NCBI RefSeq assembly: GCF_000307025.1
Contig: NC_018584.1
Coordinates: forward strand, 2,861,174 to 2,885,173
Origin: Listeria monocytogenes ATCC 19117
GTDB taxonomy: Bacteria; Bacillota; Bacilli; Lactobacillales; Listeriaceae
DNA length: 24,000 nt
Reading direction: 5' to 3'
Positions 1 to 11,084 of this stretch are shown in pieces. Both the position numbers and the translations under genes were made by a program. Under the pieces are notes generated by a model. That model made no database searches. It saw only the letters and a program-made list of their open reading frames with translations, and was not told the origin of the DNA. Each line of letters begins with the position of its first letter. Position 1 is the stretch's first letter.

Positions 1-707
1 TTATTTTTCACAAAATCAGGTATTTTTTTCGTTTTAAATGCAACTTGTATTTTCACCGCATCGGTCCGCATATCTTCTAAATAATAATCCAGTTCCACGC
101 TCGCGCCCTTTAGAACAATCACTCGATCCGCAATAGCCTCGAGTTCTTCCAAACGATGAGACGCAATCACTACACTTGTTCCTCGTTTTTTCACCGTGTC
201 CTTTATCGTTGCTAAAATCTGCTTTTTAATAATGATATCTAGCCCATCCATCGGTTCATCTAGCAGCAAGAATCGAACATTAAGTGAAACAGCTAAAATA
301 ATAAAAAATAAGGCTTTCCGTCCCTTTGAAAAAGACATTAACTTAGCCTTCATTGGCAGTTCAAATCGCTGCATTAATTCATTAAAAAAAGCCTCATCAA
401 AAGTCGTATAAATTTGTCGATATATCTTAACAACCGTCTGTACACTATATGTATTAAAATGATTCATATTATCTTCCAAGAAAAACAGCTGTTGCTTCAC
501 TTCCGGGTGCTTAAAAATACTCTCTTCACCTAAGAAAACATCGCCCTCATCAGGCAAATAAATTCCCGTCATCGTTGAAAATAGAGTTGTTTTCCCAACG
601 CCATTGCGGCCAATTAATGCAGTAATCTCCCCTGCTTTTAAATCAAATGAAACATCCTTCAAAACCAAGTTATCGTCCATCTTTTTAGTTAAGTTCCGAA
701 TTTTCAT
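1..707 (-). CDS. ABC transporter ATP-binding protein, 5' part only (C-terminus lies beyond the window start)
   Basis: Absent from the ORF track because it has no in-window stop. Hand translation from ATG at 707-705 reads MKIRNLTKKMDDNLVLKDVSFDLKAGEITALIGRNGVGKTTLF..., with Walker A GRNGVGKT, a degenerate signature FSKGRK and Walker B FLLLDEP. The frame stays open to position 1. RBS AAGAGGTGGA at 711-720. Confidence 0.85.
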   Translation of the reverse strand, partial: MKIRNLTKKMDDNLVLKDVSFDLKAGEITALIGRNGVGKTTLFSTMTGIYLPDEGDVFLGEESIFKHPEVKQQLFFLEDNMNHFNTYSVQTVVKIYRQIYTTFDEAFFNELMQRFELPMKAKLMSFSKGRKALFFIILAVSLNVRFLLLDEPMDGLDIIIKKQILATIKDTVKKRGTSVVIASHRLEELEAIADRVIVLKGASVELDYYLEDMRTDAVKIQVAFKTKKIPDFVKN

Positions 708-876
708 TATTCCACCTCTTTCACTCATTATATAAGCTCCGGAATATTTTTTCTACATTTTTAAAAATTTTCTACCAATTCGCTATAAAAAGTTACAAAC
801 CAATCATTATACTAATTTCACATATTGCGGTAAAATATCCCTATATGAACTTATTTAAAACCCCTGAGGTGAAAAC

Positions 877-3207
877 ATGATAAAACTTGATATGACCATG
901 CTTGATTCTTTTAAAGAAGACCCTAAGCTCCGGAAGCTTTTATTTTCTGGACATTTTGGTTTAGAAAAAGAAAATATTCGCGTAACTTCTGATGGAAAAT
1001 TGGCTCTTACGCCACATCCCGCTATTTTTGGTCCAAAAGAGGATAACCCATATATTAAAACCGATTTTTCGGAAAGTCAGATTGAAATGATTACCCCGGT
1101 AACGGACTCGATTGACTCTGTATATGAATGGCTTGAAAATCTTCATAATATCGTTTCGTTGCGCTCAGAAAACGAACTACTTTGGCCGTCTAGTAATCCA
1201 CCCATTTTACCAGCCGAAGAAGATATTCCAATTGCTGAATATAAAACGCCTGATAGCCCGGACAGAAAATACCGCGAACATTTAGCAAAAGGCTACGGTA
1301 AAAAAATCCAATTATTATCTGGCATTCATTATAACTTCTCATTCCCAGAAGCTTTAATTGACGGGCTTTATGACAAAATTAGTCTTCCAGAAGAATCAAA
1401 GCAAGATTTTAAAAATCGGCTATATTTAAAAGTCGCAAAATACTTTATGAAAAATCGCTGGTTGCTTATTTATTTAACTGGCGCAAGTCCGGTTTACCTT
1501 GCTGATTTCTCGAAAACGAAGCACGATGAATCCCTTCCGGACGGTAGTAGCGCGCTTCGTGATGGAATTTCTCTTCGAAATAGTAATGCTGGTTATAAAA
1601 ACAAAGAAGCTCTTTACGTTGATTACAATTCTTTCGACGCTTATATTTCTAGCATCTCTAACTATATCGAAGCAGGGAAAATCGAGAGTATGCGTGAATT
1701 TTACAACCCGATTCGTTTGAAAAATGCGCATACCGACCAAACAGTCGAAAGTTTAGCGGAGCACGGCGTGGAATATTTAGAAATTCGCTCTATTGATCTG
1801 AATCCATTAGAGTCGAATGGTATTTCTAAAGACGAGCTTGCTTTTATTCACCTATTTTTAATTAAAGGTTTGCTTTCAGAAGATCGCGAATTATGCTCCA
1901 ACAACCAACAATTAGCCGATGAAAATGAAAATAATATTGCGCTAAATGGTCTCGCGCAACCTGCCCTTAAAAATTGTGATAATGAAGAAATATCTGTCGT
2001 AGAGGCCGGGCTTTTAGAGCTTAATAAGATGAGCGATTTCATCCAAAGCTTGCGACCAGAAGACACCAAACTCCAAGCAATCATCGAAAAACAAAAAGAA
2101 CGTCTGCTACACCCTGAAAAAACGATTGCTGCACAAGTGAAACAACAAGTAACAAAAGAAGGCTACGTTGACTTCCATTTAAACCAAGCCAAAACTTACA
2201 TGGAAGAAACCGAAGCTTTAGCCTACAAATTGATTGGCGCAGAAGACATGGAGCTTTCCACCCAAATCATTTGGAAAGACGCCATCGCGCGCGGCATCAA
2301 AGTCGATGTATTAGACCGGGCCGAAAACTTCCTTCGCTTCCAAAAAGGCGACCATGTGGAGTATGTAAAACAAGCGAGCAAAACATCCAAAGACAACTAC
2401 GTTTCCGTTTTAATGATGGAAAATAAAGTAGTTACTAAACTTGTACTTGCAGAACATGATATTCGCGTTCCATTTGGCGACAGTTTTAGCGACCAAGCCC
2501 TTGCACTAGAAGCTTTCTCCCTATTTGAGGATAAACAAATTGTCGTTAAACCAAAATCCACCAACTACGGGTGGGGTATCAGTATTTTTAAAAATAAATT
2601 CACGCTGGAAGATTACCAAGAAGCTTTAAATATCGCATTTAGCTATGATAGCTCCGTTATTATCGAAGAGTTCATTCCTGGCGACGAATTCCGCTTCTTA
2701 GTTATTAACGACAAAGTTGAAGCTGTACTAAAACGTGTCCCCGCTAACGTAACCGGCGACGGAATCCATACAGTGCGCGAGCTGGTTGAAGAAAAGAACA
2801 CTGATCCTTTGCGCGGAACAGACCATTTGAAACCACTTGAAAAAATCCGTACTGGTCCAGAAGAAACGCTCATGCTCTCTATGCAAAACCTTTCTTGGGA
2901 CAGCATACCTAAAGCAGAAGAGATTATCTACCTTCGCGAAAACTCCAACGTCAGCACAGGTGGCGACAGCATTGACTATACTGAAGAGATGGACGATTAC
3001 TTCAAAGAGATAGCTATTCGTGCGACACAAGTACTTGACGCCAAAATTTGCGGCGTAGACATAATTGTTCCACGTGAAACAATCGACCGTGATAAGCATG
3101 CTATCATCGAGCTTAATTTCAATCCCGCGATGCACATGCACTGCTTCCCTTATCAAGGGGAGAAGAAAAAAATTGGTGATAAGATTTTAGATTTCTTATT
3201 TGAATAA
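877..3207 (+). CDS. gshF: Bifunctional glutamate-cysteine ligase / glutathione synthetase (GshF/GshAB)
   Basis: 776-aa ORF with RBS GAGGTGA at 866-872. The N-terminal ~450 aa are GshA-like. The C-terminal ~300 aa form an ATP-grasp module (VVKPKSTNYGWGISIF, IIELNFNPAMHMH). This fused architecture is the one described for Listeria and streptococcal GshF. Confidence 0.93.
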   Translation: MIKLDMTMLDSFKEDPKLRKLLFSGHFGLEKENIRVTSDGKLALTPHPAIFGPKEDNPYIKTDFSESQIEMITPVTDSIDSVYEWLENLHNIVSLRSENELLWPSSNPPILPAEEDIPIAEYKTPDSPDRKYREHLAKGYGKKIQLLSGIHYNFSFPEALIDGLYDKISLPEESKQDFKNRLYLKVAKYFMKNRWLLIYLTGASPVYLADFSKTKHDESLPDGSSALRDGISLRNSNAGYKNKEALYVDYNSFDAYISSISNYIEAGKIESMREFYNPIRLKNAHTDQTVESLAEHGVEYLEIRSIDLNPLESNGISKDELAFIHLFLIKGLLSEDRELCSNNQQLADENENNIALNGLAQPALKNCDNEEISVVEAGLLELNKMSDFIQSLRPEDTKLQAIIEKQKERLLHPEKTIAAQVKQQVTKEGYVDFHLNQAKTYMEETEALAYKLIGAEDMELSTQIIWKDAIARGIKVDVLDRAENFLRFQKGDHVEYVKQASKTSKDNYVSVLMMENKVVTKLVLAEHDIRVPFGDSFSDQALALEAFSLFEDKQIVVKPKSTNYGWGISIFKNKFTLEDYQEALNIAFSYDSSVIIEEFIPGDEFRFLVINDKVEAVLKRVPANVTGDGIHTVRELVEEKNTDPLRGTDHLKPLEKIRTGPEETLMLSMQNLSWDSIPKAEEIIYLRENSNVSTGGDSIDYTEEMDDYFKEIAIRATQVLDAKICGVDIIVPRETIDRDKHAIIELNFNPAMHMHCFPYQGEKKKIGDKILDFLFE
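3066..3081. other. parS-type site inside gshF (TGTTCCACGTGAAACA)
   Basis: Exact match to the Bacillus subtilis parS sequence as I recall it (TGTTCCACGTGAAACA). It lies in the codons for ..VPRET.. Confidence 0.7.
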
Positions 3208-3208
3208 A

Positions 3209-3246
3209 AAAATCCCAGCTACTAGTTTCGTAGCTGGGATTTTATA
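3209..3246. terminator. Bidirectional rho-independent terminator between convergent gshF and the GH1 gene
   Basis: Perfect 12-bp stem AATCCCAGCTAC (3211-3222) / GTAGCTGGGATT (3230-3241) with a 7-nt loop. It is flanked by an A-run upstream and a T-run downstream, so it can work on both strands. Confidence 0.85.
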
Positions 3247-6541
<3,295 letters not shown>

Positions 6542-6562
6542 GCTAATCCTCCTAAATATAAT

Positions 6563-6611
6563 AGAAAAACCTGAATGAAATGCACCTAAAAAAGCATACA
6601 ATCATCCAGGT
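6563..6611 (-). terminator. Conditional terminator of the second bgl riboregulator (between the antiterminator gene and the PTS gene)
   Basis: On the minus strand, an imperfect stem ACCTGGATGATTGTATGC ... GCATTTCATTCAGGT is followed by TTTTTC. Its 5' arm overlaps the 3' end of the RAT, which is the classical mutually exclusive arrangement. Confidence 0.7.
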
Positions 6612-6638
6612 ATTGCCCGCAAATCGCGGTAACAAGCC
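6609..6638 (-). promoter_or_regulatory. RAT (ribonucleic antiterminator) element 2
   Basis: The minus strand reads GGCTTGTTACCGCGATTTGCGGGCAATACC. This fits the BglG/LicT/SacY RAT pattern (GGnTTGTTACnG...GCnGGCAAnACC) and lies directly after the antiterminator stop codon. Confidence 0.8.
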
Positions 6639-6640
6639 TA

Positions 6641-7477
6641 TTAGTTATTTTTTCTTTTTAAAAGCCGTTCAATATGAAGCGCCAGATAAAACTGTTCCGA
6701 ATGACTCATCGTAAATTGATAATTCTTTTCCAAAAACACACCAATTTTATCAATACATTCGAAAATAGCGCCTCTACTTTTCTTCACTGTTTGATAAAGA
6801 AATTCATCCATTTCGTCAATTGTCTCGCCAATAATTACGCGTTGACAGAAAAACTTCAGATGGGTCATAAAACGATAATAATTCGTACTTTCTTCATCAA
6901 ATTCAATGTTAAAATGATATTTAATAATAGAAATAATTTCTTGAATTAACTGCATAATGTGTGTGACGTCGTTCATATCACTATCTACTTCCGCATTAAC
7001 AAAATGTAGCGCTATATTAGAAATTTCTGCATCAGGAAGCTCTATTTCAAGCTTACTTTCCACCATTTTCGCAGCCTCTTTGGCCACTGCGTATTCTTCC
7101 TGATAAAAGCGTTTCACTTCCCACGAGAGCGGATTTTCGATAACCACGTTTTCTTGCAAACGTTGCGTGGCAAAGTACAGATGATCCGAAAGAGAAATAT
7201 AGATGACATCACTAATATCTTTCGTCGTTTTCATTTTGAAAAGCTTCACAATATCGTCAGTTACTTCTAAAAATTGTATTGGAATTTCATTTACAATCAT
7301 TTTAAACTTATCCATTGTGTCATCTTTCAACTCAAAAACTTTTTCGATTTTCGATTCATTAATTGGATCGCCAACTTTAGAATTAAAGCCAAGCCCCTTT
7401 CCCAAAATCAGCAATTCCTGCGCATCCTCGTCAATCGCACTTACAATATTATTATTTAAAATCCTCTCAATTCTCAA
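6641..7477 (-). CDS. BglG/LicT-family PRD transcription antiterminator
   Basis: N-terminal CAT RNA-binding domain (RIERILNNNIVSAIDEDAQELLILGKGLGF) followed by two PRDs (...ALHFVNAE..., ...YLALHIERL). The track ORF begins at GTG 7489, which sits inside the RBS-like AGGTGGTGA. TTG at 7477, 5 nt after that RBS, is the more likely start; the start remains uncertain. Confidence 0.9.
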   Translation of the reverse strand: MRIERILNNNIVSAIDEDAQELLILGKGLGFNSKVGDPINESKIEKVFELKDDTMDKFKMIVNEIPIQFLEVTDDIVKLFKMKTTKDISDVIYISLSDHLYFATQRLQENVVIENPLSWEVKRFYQEEYAVAKEAAKMVESKLEIELPDAEISNIALHFVNAEVDSDMNDVTHIMQLIQEIISIIKYHFNIEFDEESTNYYRFMTHLKFFCQRVIIGETIDEMDEFLYQTVKKSRGAIFECIDKIGVFLEKNYQFTMSHSEQFYLALHIERLLKRKNN

Positions 7478-7499
7478 ACAAATCACCACCTATTTGAAG

Positions 7500-7557
7500 C
7501 AAAATAAAAAGAGCAATACCACACATATCAGCCAAAAAAACTAATATCTGGTATTGC
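7500..7557 (-). terminator. Conditional leader terminator of the bgl operon
   Basis: On the minus strand, GCAATACC (complement of 7550-7557) pairs with GGTATTGC (complement of 7513-7520) and is followed by TCTTTTTATTTT. The 5' arm is shared with RAT 1. Confidence 0.75.
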
Positions 7558-7579
7558 CCGCATTACCGGTAACAAGCCT
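7550..7579 (-). promoter_or_regulatory. RAT (ribonucleic antiterminator) element 1
   Basis: The minus strand reads GGCTTGTTACCGGTAATGCGGGCAATACC. It is nearly identical to RAT 2 and starts about where transcription from the upstream promoter should begin. Confidence 0.8.
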
Positions 7580-7586
7580 CATGGAT

Positions 7587-7615
7587 ATAGTACCACCATA
7601 TGAAATCGCTGTCAA
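7587..7615 (-). promoter_or_regulatory. Sigma-A-type promoter of the bgl operon
   Basis: On the minus strand: TTGACA (7615-7610), a 17-nt spacer, then TACTAT (7592-7587). The RAT begins about 7 nt downstream of the -10 element. Confidence 0.7.
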
Positions 7616-7641
7616 TGGGTTTTGTTAAAACCATTCTACCC

Positions 7642-7845
7642 TTAACTATTTTCGATTATTCCTCCCCTAGGTAACAGTATCTTATTTGTAATTAAATTTA
7701 AAATGAAATAGATTAAAACAAAGGAGCCCCAATAGATAACCAAGTTTTCATATCCAAGCAATAATACCCTAAAGAAAATTTTATGAATAAGCACCACTAA
7801 GAGTATTAAAAGACTATTTACTAAAGAAATACCGATAATTTTCAT
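7642..7845 (-). CDS. Small (67 aa) predicted two-TM membrane protein, last gene of the bacteriocin operon
   Basis: ATG overlaps the ABC ATPase stop in an ATGA junction (7845-7842). Strong RBS AAGGAGG lies 9 nt upstream. The sequence has two hydrophobic stretches (IIGISLVNSLLILLVVLI and VIYWGSFVLIYFILNLI). I recognise no family. Confidence 0.6.
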   Translation of the reverse strand: MKIIGISLVNSLLILLVVLIHKIFFRVLLLGYENLVIYWGSFVLIYFILNLITNKILLPRGGIIENS

Positions 7846-8465
7846 CTTATTTCGCCTCCTTCAATGTAAATGATTCGATCTGCTTTTGCAGATATTTCTG
7901 GGTCATGTGTGACACAAATGATTGTTTTACCTTGTTTTTTCAACGCTAAAAATAATTCAATGATTTTGTGTTTGTTTTTATCATCCAAGTTGCCTGTTGG
8001 TTCGTCCGCAAGTAATAACTGAAATGGTTTGAGTAAAATGCGCACAATAGCAATCCGTTGTTTTTCTCCACCGCTTAATTGGTATACTTTTTTTGCTAAA
8101 TAGCTTTCATCCATTCCTACTTCTTCTAAATGCTCTATCATCAGCTTGCGATTTTTTCCACCTGTAATGGATAAGTTTTCTAACACTGTTTCATTTTCCA
8201 TCAATAGATAATTTTGGAATATAAAACCTAACACCTCTTTTTTTAGAGTCATAACCTCTTTTTTCGGCTGATATTCCATCTCGTTAATAATAACTTGCCC
8301 ACTATCTTTTGAATCTAGGTGTCCGATAACATTCAGCAGCGTGGTCTTCCCACTACCACTCTCGCCGACGACTGCAATAAATTCACCAGCTCCAATAGAA
8401 AGAGAGACTTTTTCCAAAATCAATTTATCTTGTATCTTTTTACTGACATTAACTAATTCAATCAT
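7842..8465 (-). CDS. ABC transporter ATP-binding protein of the lactococcin-972 group (putative bacteriocin export/immunity)
   Basis: Walker A GESGSGKTT, signature LSGGEKQR, Walker B LLLADEPTGNLD and H-loop VTHD are present. The preferred start is ATG 8465 (RBS AAAGGTGA 5 nt upstream), which overlaps the upstream gene's stop. The track start at 8474 is a GTG inside that RBS. Confidence 0.9.
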   Translation of the reverse strand: MIELVNVSKKIQDKLILEKVSLSIGAGEFIAVVGESGSGKTTLLNVIGHLDSKDSGQVIINEMEYQPKKEVMTLKKEVLGFIFQNYLLMENETVLENLSITGGKNRKLMIEHLEEVGMDESYLAKKVYQLSGGEKQRIAIVRILLKPFQLLLADEPTGNLDDKNKHKIIELFLALKKQGKTIICVTHDPEISAKADRIIYIEGGEIR

Positions 8466-10626
8466 ATTTTTCACCTTTTAGTATGGCTTTAAAATCTTTA
8501 TAAATCGCTTTTTCCTTTATGAAATAAATGGCACATAGTTCTATTATGAGAATAACAACGCTAAAATATAGGGCAACCGGTTCTTTGCTAAGAATAAAAA
8601 TGAGGATTCCAGAAAAAACACTCACAAACAAATTGCTTATACTAAACCATTTACTACTTTTCCAAAACGAATAGCCAAATACATGATAAATTAGTTGCTT
8701 ATATAAGTTCTCCCCGTAATAGGACAGTACAAGAAGTACCATAAAAGAGCATAAGCATAGGGCTAAGATAATCGTACCTATCAATTGCTGATATATTTGC
8801 CATTTCAAAGTAGTTATTTCGCTTGAAACTTCTTGATAAACACTCCTTACATGGGTAATTTCTCTTGCATTTGAATTACTAATAAGTGGTAAGATAGCGT
8901 TAAAAGCGTCACCATTCGATTTATCAATAAAATATACAGAAGAAGTTACATGAGCGCCAATACTAGATGAGTCAATATTTCCCGTATATACAATCGCAAT
9001 TGGATCCGTGATATTTCCAGTCCTAAAATCCCCAGTATTACTATCATAGGAAAAATAATCTTGATTATTTTCTGCATAAATAATATTAACACTTAAGTCT
9101 TCCTTACTTAGCGCCACAGCAGGCAGGTCTAAAGCTTTGTTATAAATATTCGCCACTTCTACTTTTTGAAAATAGAAGTAATCGAGAAAAGTGTTTTTTA
9201 TATCTTTCTCTAGTCCCTTCTTACTATTAGGAACAATAATATTCAAAACTTTATCACTGATTATCGCTTCTTTTTCCACGTTCTGACCTTTTATACTTTT
9301 AATCGGATTTAATTTTAAGTAATTAAAATCAATTTCTACGCTATTACCCTCAGGTGAGTTTATTTCAGAGTCCTTTTTCAAATAAGTTTCATAGAAAAAA
9401 GTATTAGTTTCACTTCGCTGAAAATTATTCGAATACATTAAAAACATCTCTTTCTTAGATGTACCTTCTTCATAAAAAGCACTTAAATTGTTGTTTAGCT
9501 CTTTATCAGCTTTTAAGTTATCTTGAATCCCCTCAGGTAAAACCCCTACTTTTACTTTAAAAATGTCCTTTGTAGCTTCCCATACATCAATATTAGCTAG
9601 TCTTGTATTTAATGTCTGAAGTGATTGATAAGAAGCAATAAAAGTACCTATAAATAAGCAGAGCAGCACAAATTTAATAACTAGATTGATTGCCAAATGC
9701 TGTCTTGATGATTGCATACGCTGGTCTGATTTTGCTTGATCAATTTTCTTTATTCTAAGTAATCCAAAGAAATACATTGGAAACAGAATAAAAATAAATA
9801 AAAGTACATTAAATAAAAGCAACTTCCACACTATCTCCACTAAGTACGTGGCTAGCCCATTTGCTAAAACAATACTAACAAAAGTTATCAGAATTGCTAA
9901 CACACTAAACAAAGTAAATATTATAGTTTTATTGAACAAAGACATTAATGTAACTAATTCAGAATTCCCCCATATACGATTAACTAATAACCGTTGTTTA
10001 GAGTATCTTAAATAGTAATATGTAAAAACAAACAAAATAGCAAAACACAAAAGCAAAGTCATAAGTAACGGGATATTAATATATTTCCACCAGCTCACAT
10101 CAACACTTTTCGTAGTTATTTCCCCGTACTGTTCAAATTCCTTTAAAAAAGCCTGATACGTATCCTGGTTATCTAAGCCGCTTACATAAAAAGTATCACT
10201 TAGACCCACATTTTTAATCTGTCCAAAGTCATAAACCTTTAAAGACCAATACTTAGAAGGATGATAAATCACACCCGATTGTTTTTCATCGCCACTTTCC
10301 CGATTCACCAAAAACCGATTTTTATCGGGATAATCTCCTTTTTCAAGCTTTATATTTGGTGAATACTGGGGATTAGAGGCATAAATATTCAAATCGCGTT
10401 CATCTAAAAATGTATACTGCGCTATGTTAATATTGTTCGCTTCTGAAAATTGCTTTATAGAATTATTAACTTCTAAAACCTGAAAGTCATCTTTATATTT
10501 AAACTGCACTTCTGTCTGGTCTTTAAAAAGAAAATCACGCGACAAAGTATTACTAATAAAAGTAAAAAACATTATATTACCAATGACAAGTGTTACTAAT
10601 ATGATAATGGAAAGAAATTTTTTCAT
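8458..10626 (-). CDS. Bacteriocin-associated integral membrane protein (putative immunity/permease partner; TIGR01654/DUF1430-like)
   Basis: 722 aa. The layout is an N-terminal TM helix, a ~160-aa extracytoplasmic region, a cluster of TM helices, a second ~250-aa soluble region, then C-terminal TM helices. It sits between a Lcn972-type structural gene and an ABC ATPase, as in Lcn972-type loci. RBS TAAGGATGA precedes the ATG. Confidence 0.8.
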   Translation of the reverse strand: MKKFLSIIILVTLVIGNIMFFTFISNTLSRDFLFKDQTEVQFKYKDDFQVLEVNNSIKQFSEANNINIAQYTFLDERDLNIYASNPQYSPNIKLEKGDYPDKNRFLVNRESGDEKQSGVIYHPSKYWSLKVYDFGQIKNVGLSDTFYVSGLDNQDTYQAFLKEFEQYGEITTKSVDVSWWKYINIPLLMTLLLCFAILFVFTYYYLRYSKQRLLVNRIWGNSELVTLMSLFNKTIIFTLFSVLAILITFVSIVLANGLATYLVEIVWKLLLFNVLLFIFILFPMYFFGLLRIKKIDQAKSDQRMQSSRQHLAINLVIKFVLLCLFIGTFIASYQSLQTLNTRLANIDVWEATKDIFKVKVGVLPEGIQDNLKADKELNNNLSAFYEEGTSKKEMFLMYSNNFQRSETNTFFYETYLKKDSEINSPEGNSVEIDFNYLKLNPIKSIKGQNVEKEAIISDKVLNIIVPNSKKGLEKDIKNTFLDYFYFQKVEVANIYNKALDLPAVALSKEDLSVNIIYAENNQDYFSYDSNTGDFRTGNITDPIAIVYTGNIDSSSIGAHVTSSVYFIDKSNGDAFNAILPLISNSNAREITHVRSVYQEVSSEITTLKWQIYQQLIGTIILALCLCSFMVLLVLSYYGENLYKQLIYHVFGYSFWKSSKWFSISNLFVSVFSGILIFILSKEPVALYFSVVILIIELCAIYFIKEKAIYKDFKAILKGEKYD

Positions 10627-10645
10627 TAAATCATCCTTAGTTTAA

Positions 10646-10685
10646 CTATAAAGCTAAGAAACATAATAATTTCTTAGCTTTATAG
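10646..10685 (-). promoter_or_regulatory. Intercistronic stem-loop between the bacteriocin gene and the membrane-protein gene (partial terminator or mRNA stabiliser)
   Basis: Perfect 16-bp stem CTATAAAGCTAAGAAA (10646-10661) / TTTCTTAGCTTTATAG (10670-10685) with an 8-nt loop. It begins 3 nt after the bacteriocin stop. No clear T-tract follows on the minus strand. Confidence 0.6.
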
Positions 10686-10688
10686 GAA

Positions 10689-11084
10689 TTATTTTGTAGC
10701 CCAATTAGCTTTATTACCCCATAGCGATGATTTAATCCAAACACTTGCTAGATTGCTCTTTGGTTCCCACCTACTTCTTACTGTCGTCCTGAAATTAGAG
10801 GCACTTGATCTATGCATTTTTTTATAATGCTGATAATTTGAATAATGTCTATCTTGTCCCCATGTAACCCAGAAAGTACCGCCTCCAGCTGATTGCGCTG
10901 CTTTTAATAGAGGTTTTTTTCCTGTTGTGGTCTCAGAAAAAATCACTTTTTCACCTGTTTTATTTGCGCTCATTAGTGAATCTAAGCTAGTCTCTCCTTC
11001 ATTTAGATTTTGAGCAGCTAAGGCGCCCATCGGTGATAACACTGTAGGCAATGCTATCGCTAAAACACATACTTTTCTCTTCAT
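10689..11084 (-). CDS. Lactococcin-972-family bacteriocin precursor (Lmo2776-like)
   Basis: 131 aa. Sec-type signal peptide MKRKVCVLAIALPTVLSPMGALA/AQ. The C-terminal ~65 aa (GGGTFWVTWGQDRHYSNYQHYKKMHRSSAS...ASVWIKSSLWGNKANW) share the GTW / YSNY-H / H-S-A / VW-K landmarks I recall from mature Lcn972. RBS AGAGGGGGAGAA at 11089-11100. Confidence 0.85.
   Translation of the reverse strand: MKRKVCVLAIALPTVLSPMGALAAQNLNEGETSLDSLMSANKTGEKVIFSETTTGKKPLLKAAQSAGGGTFWVTWGQDRHYSNYQHYKKMHRSSASNFRTTVRSRWEPKSNLASVWIKSSLWGNKANWATK

Noticed and set aside
196-411. 71-aa plus-strand ORF at the window start.
   Set aside because: It is antisense to the partial ABC ATPase gene, whose Walker and signature motifs are clear on the minus strand.
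2728-3156. 142-aa antisense ORF inside gshF, together with the other short antisense ORFs at 961-1146, 1474-1740, 1848-2084 and 2643-2906.
   Set aside because: These lie fully within a strongly supported 776-aa gene on the other strand. They have no RBS and no recognisable motifs.
7615-7634. Short hairpin ATGGGTTTT/AAAACCAT considered as the terminator of the bacteriocin operon.
   Set aside because: The stem is bulged, no T-tract follows on the minus strand, and it overlaps the bgl -35 element. That is not enough to call a terminator.
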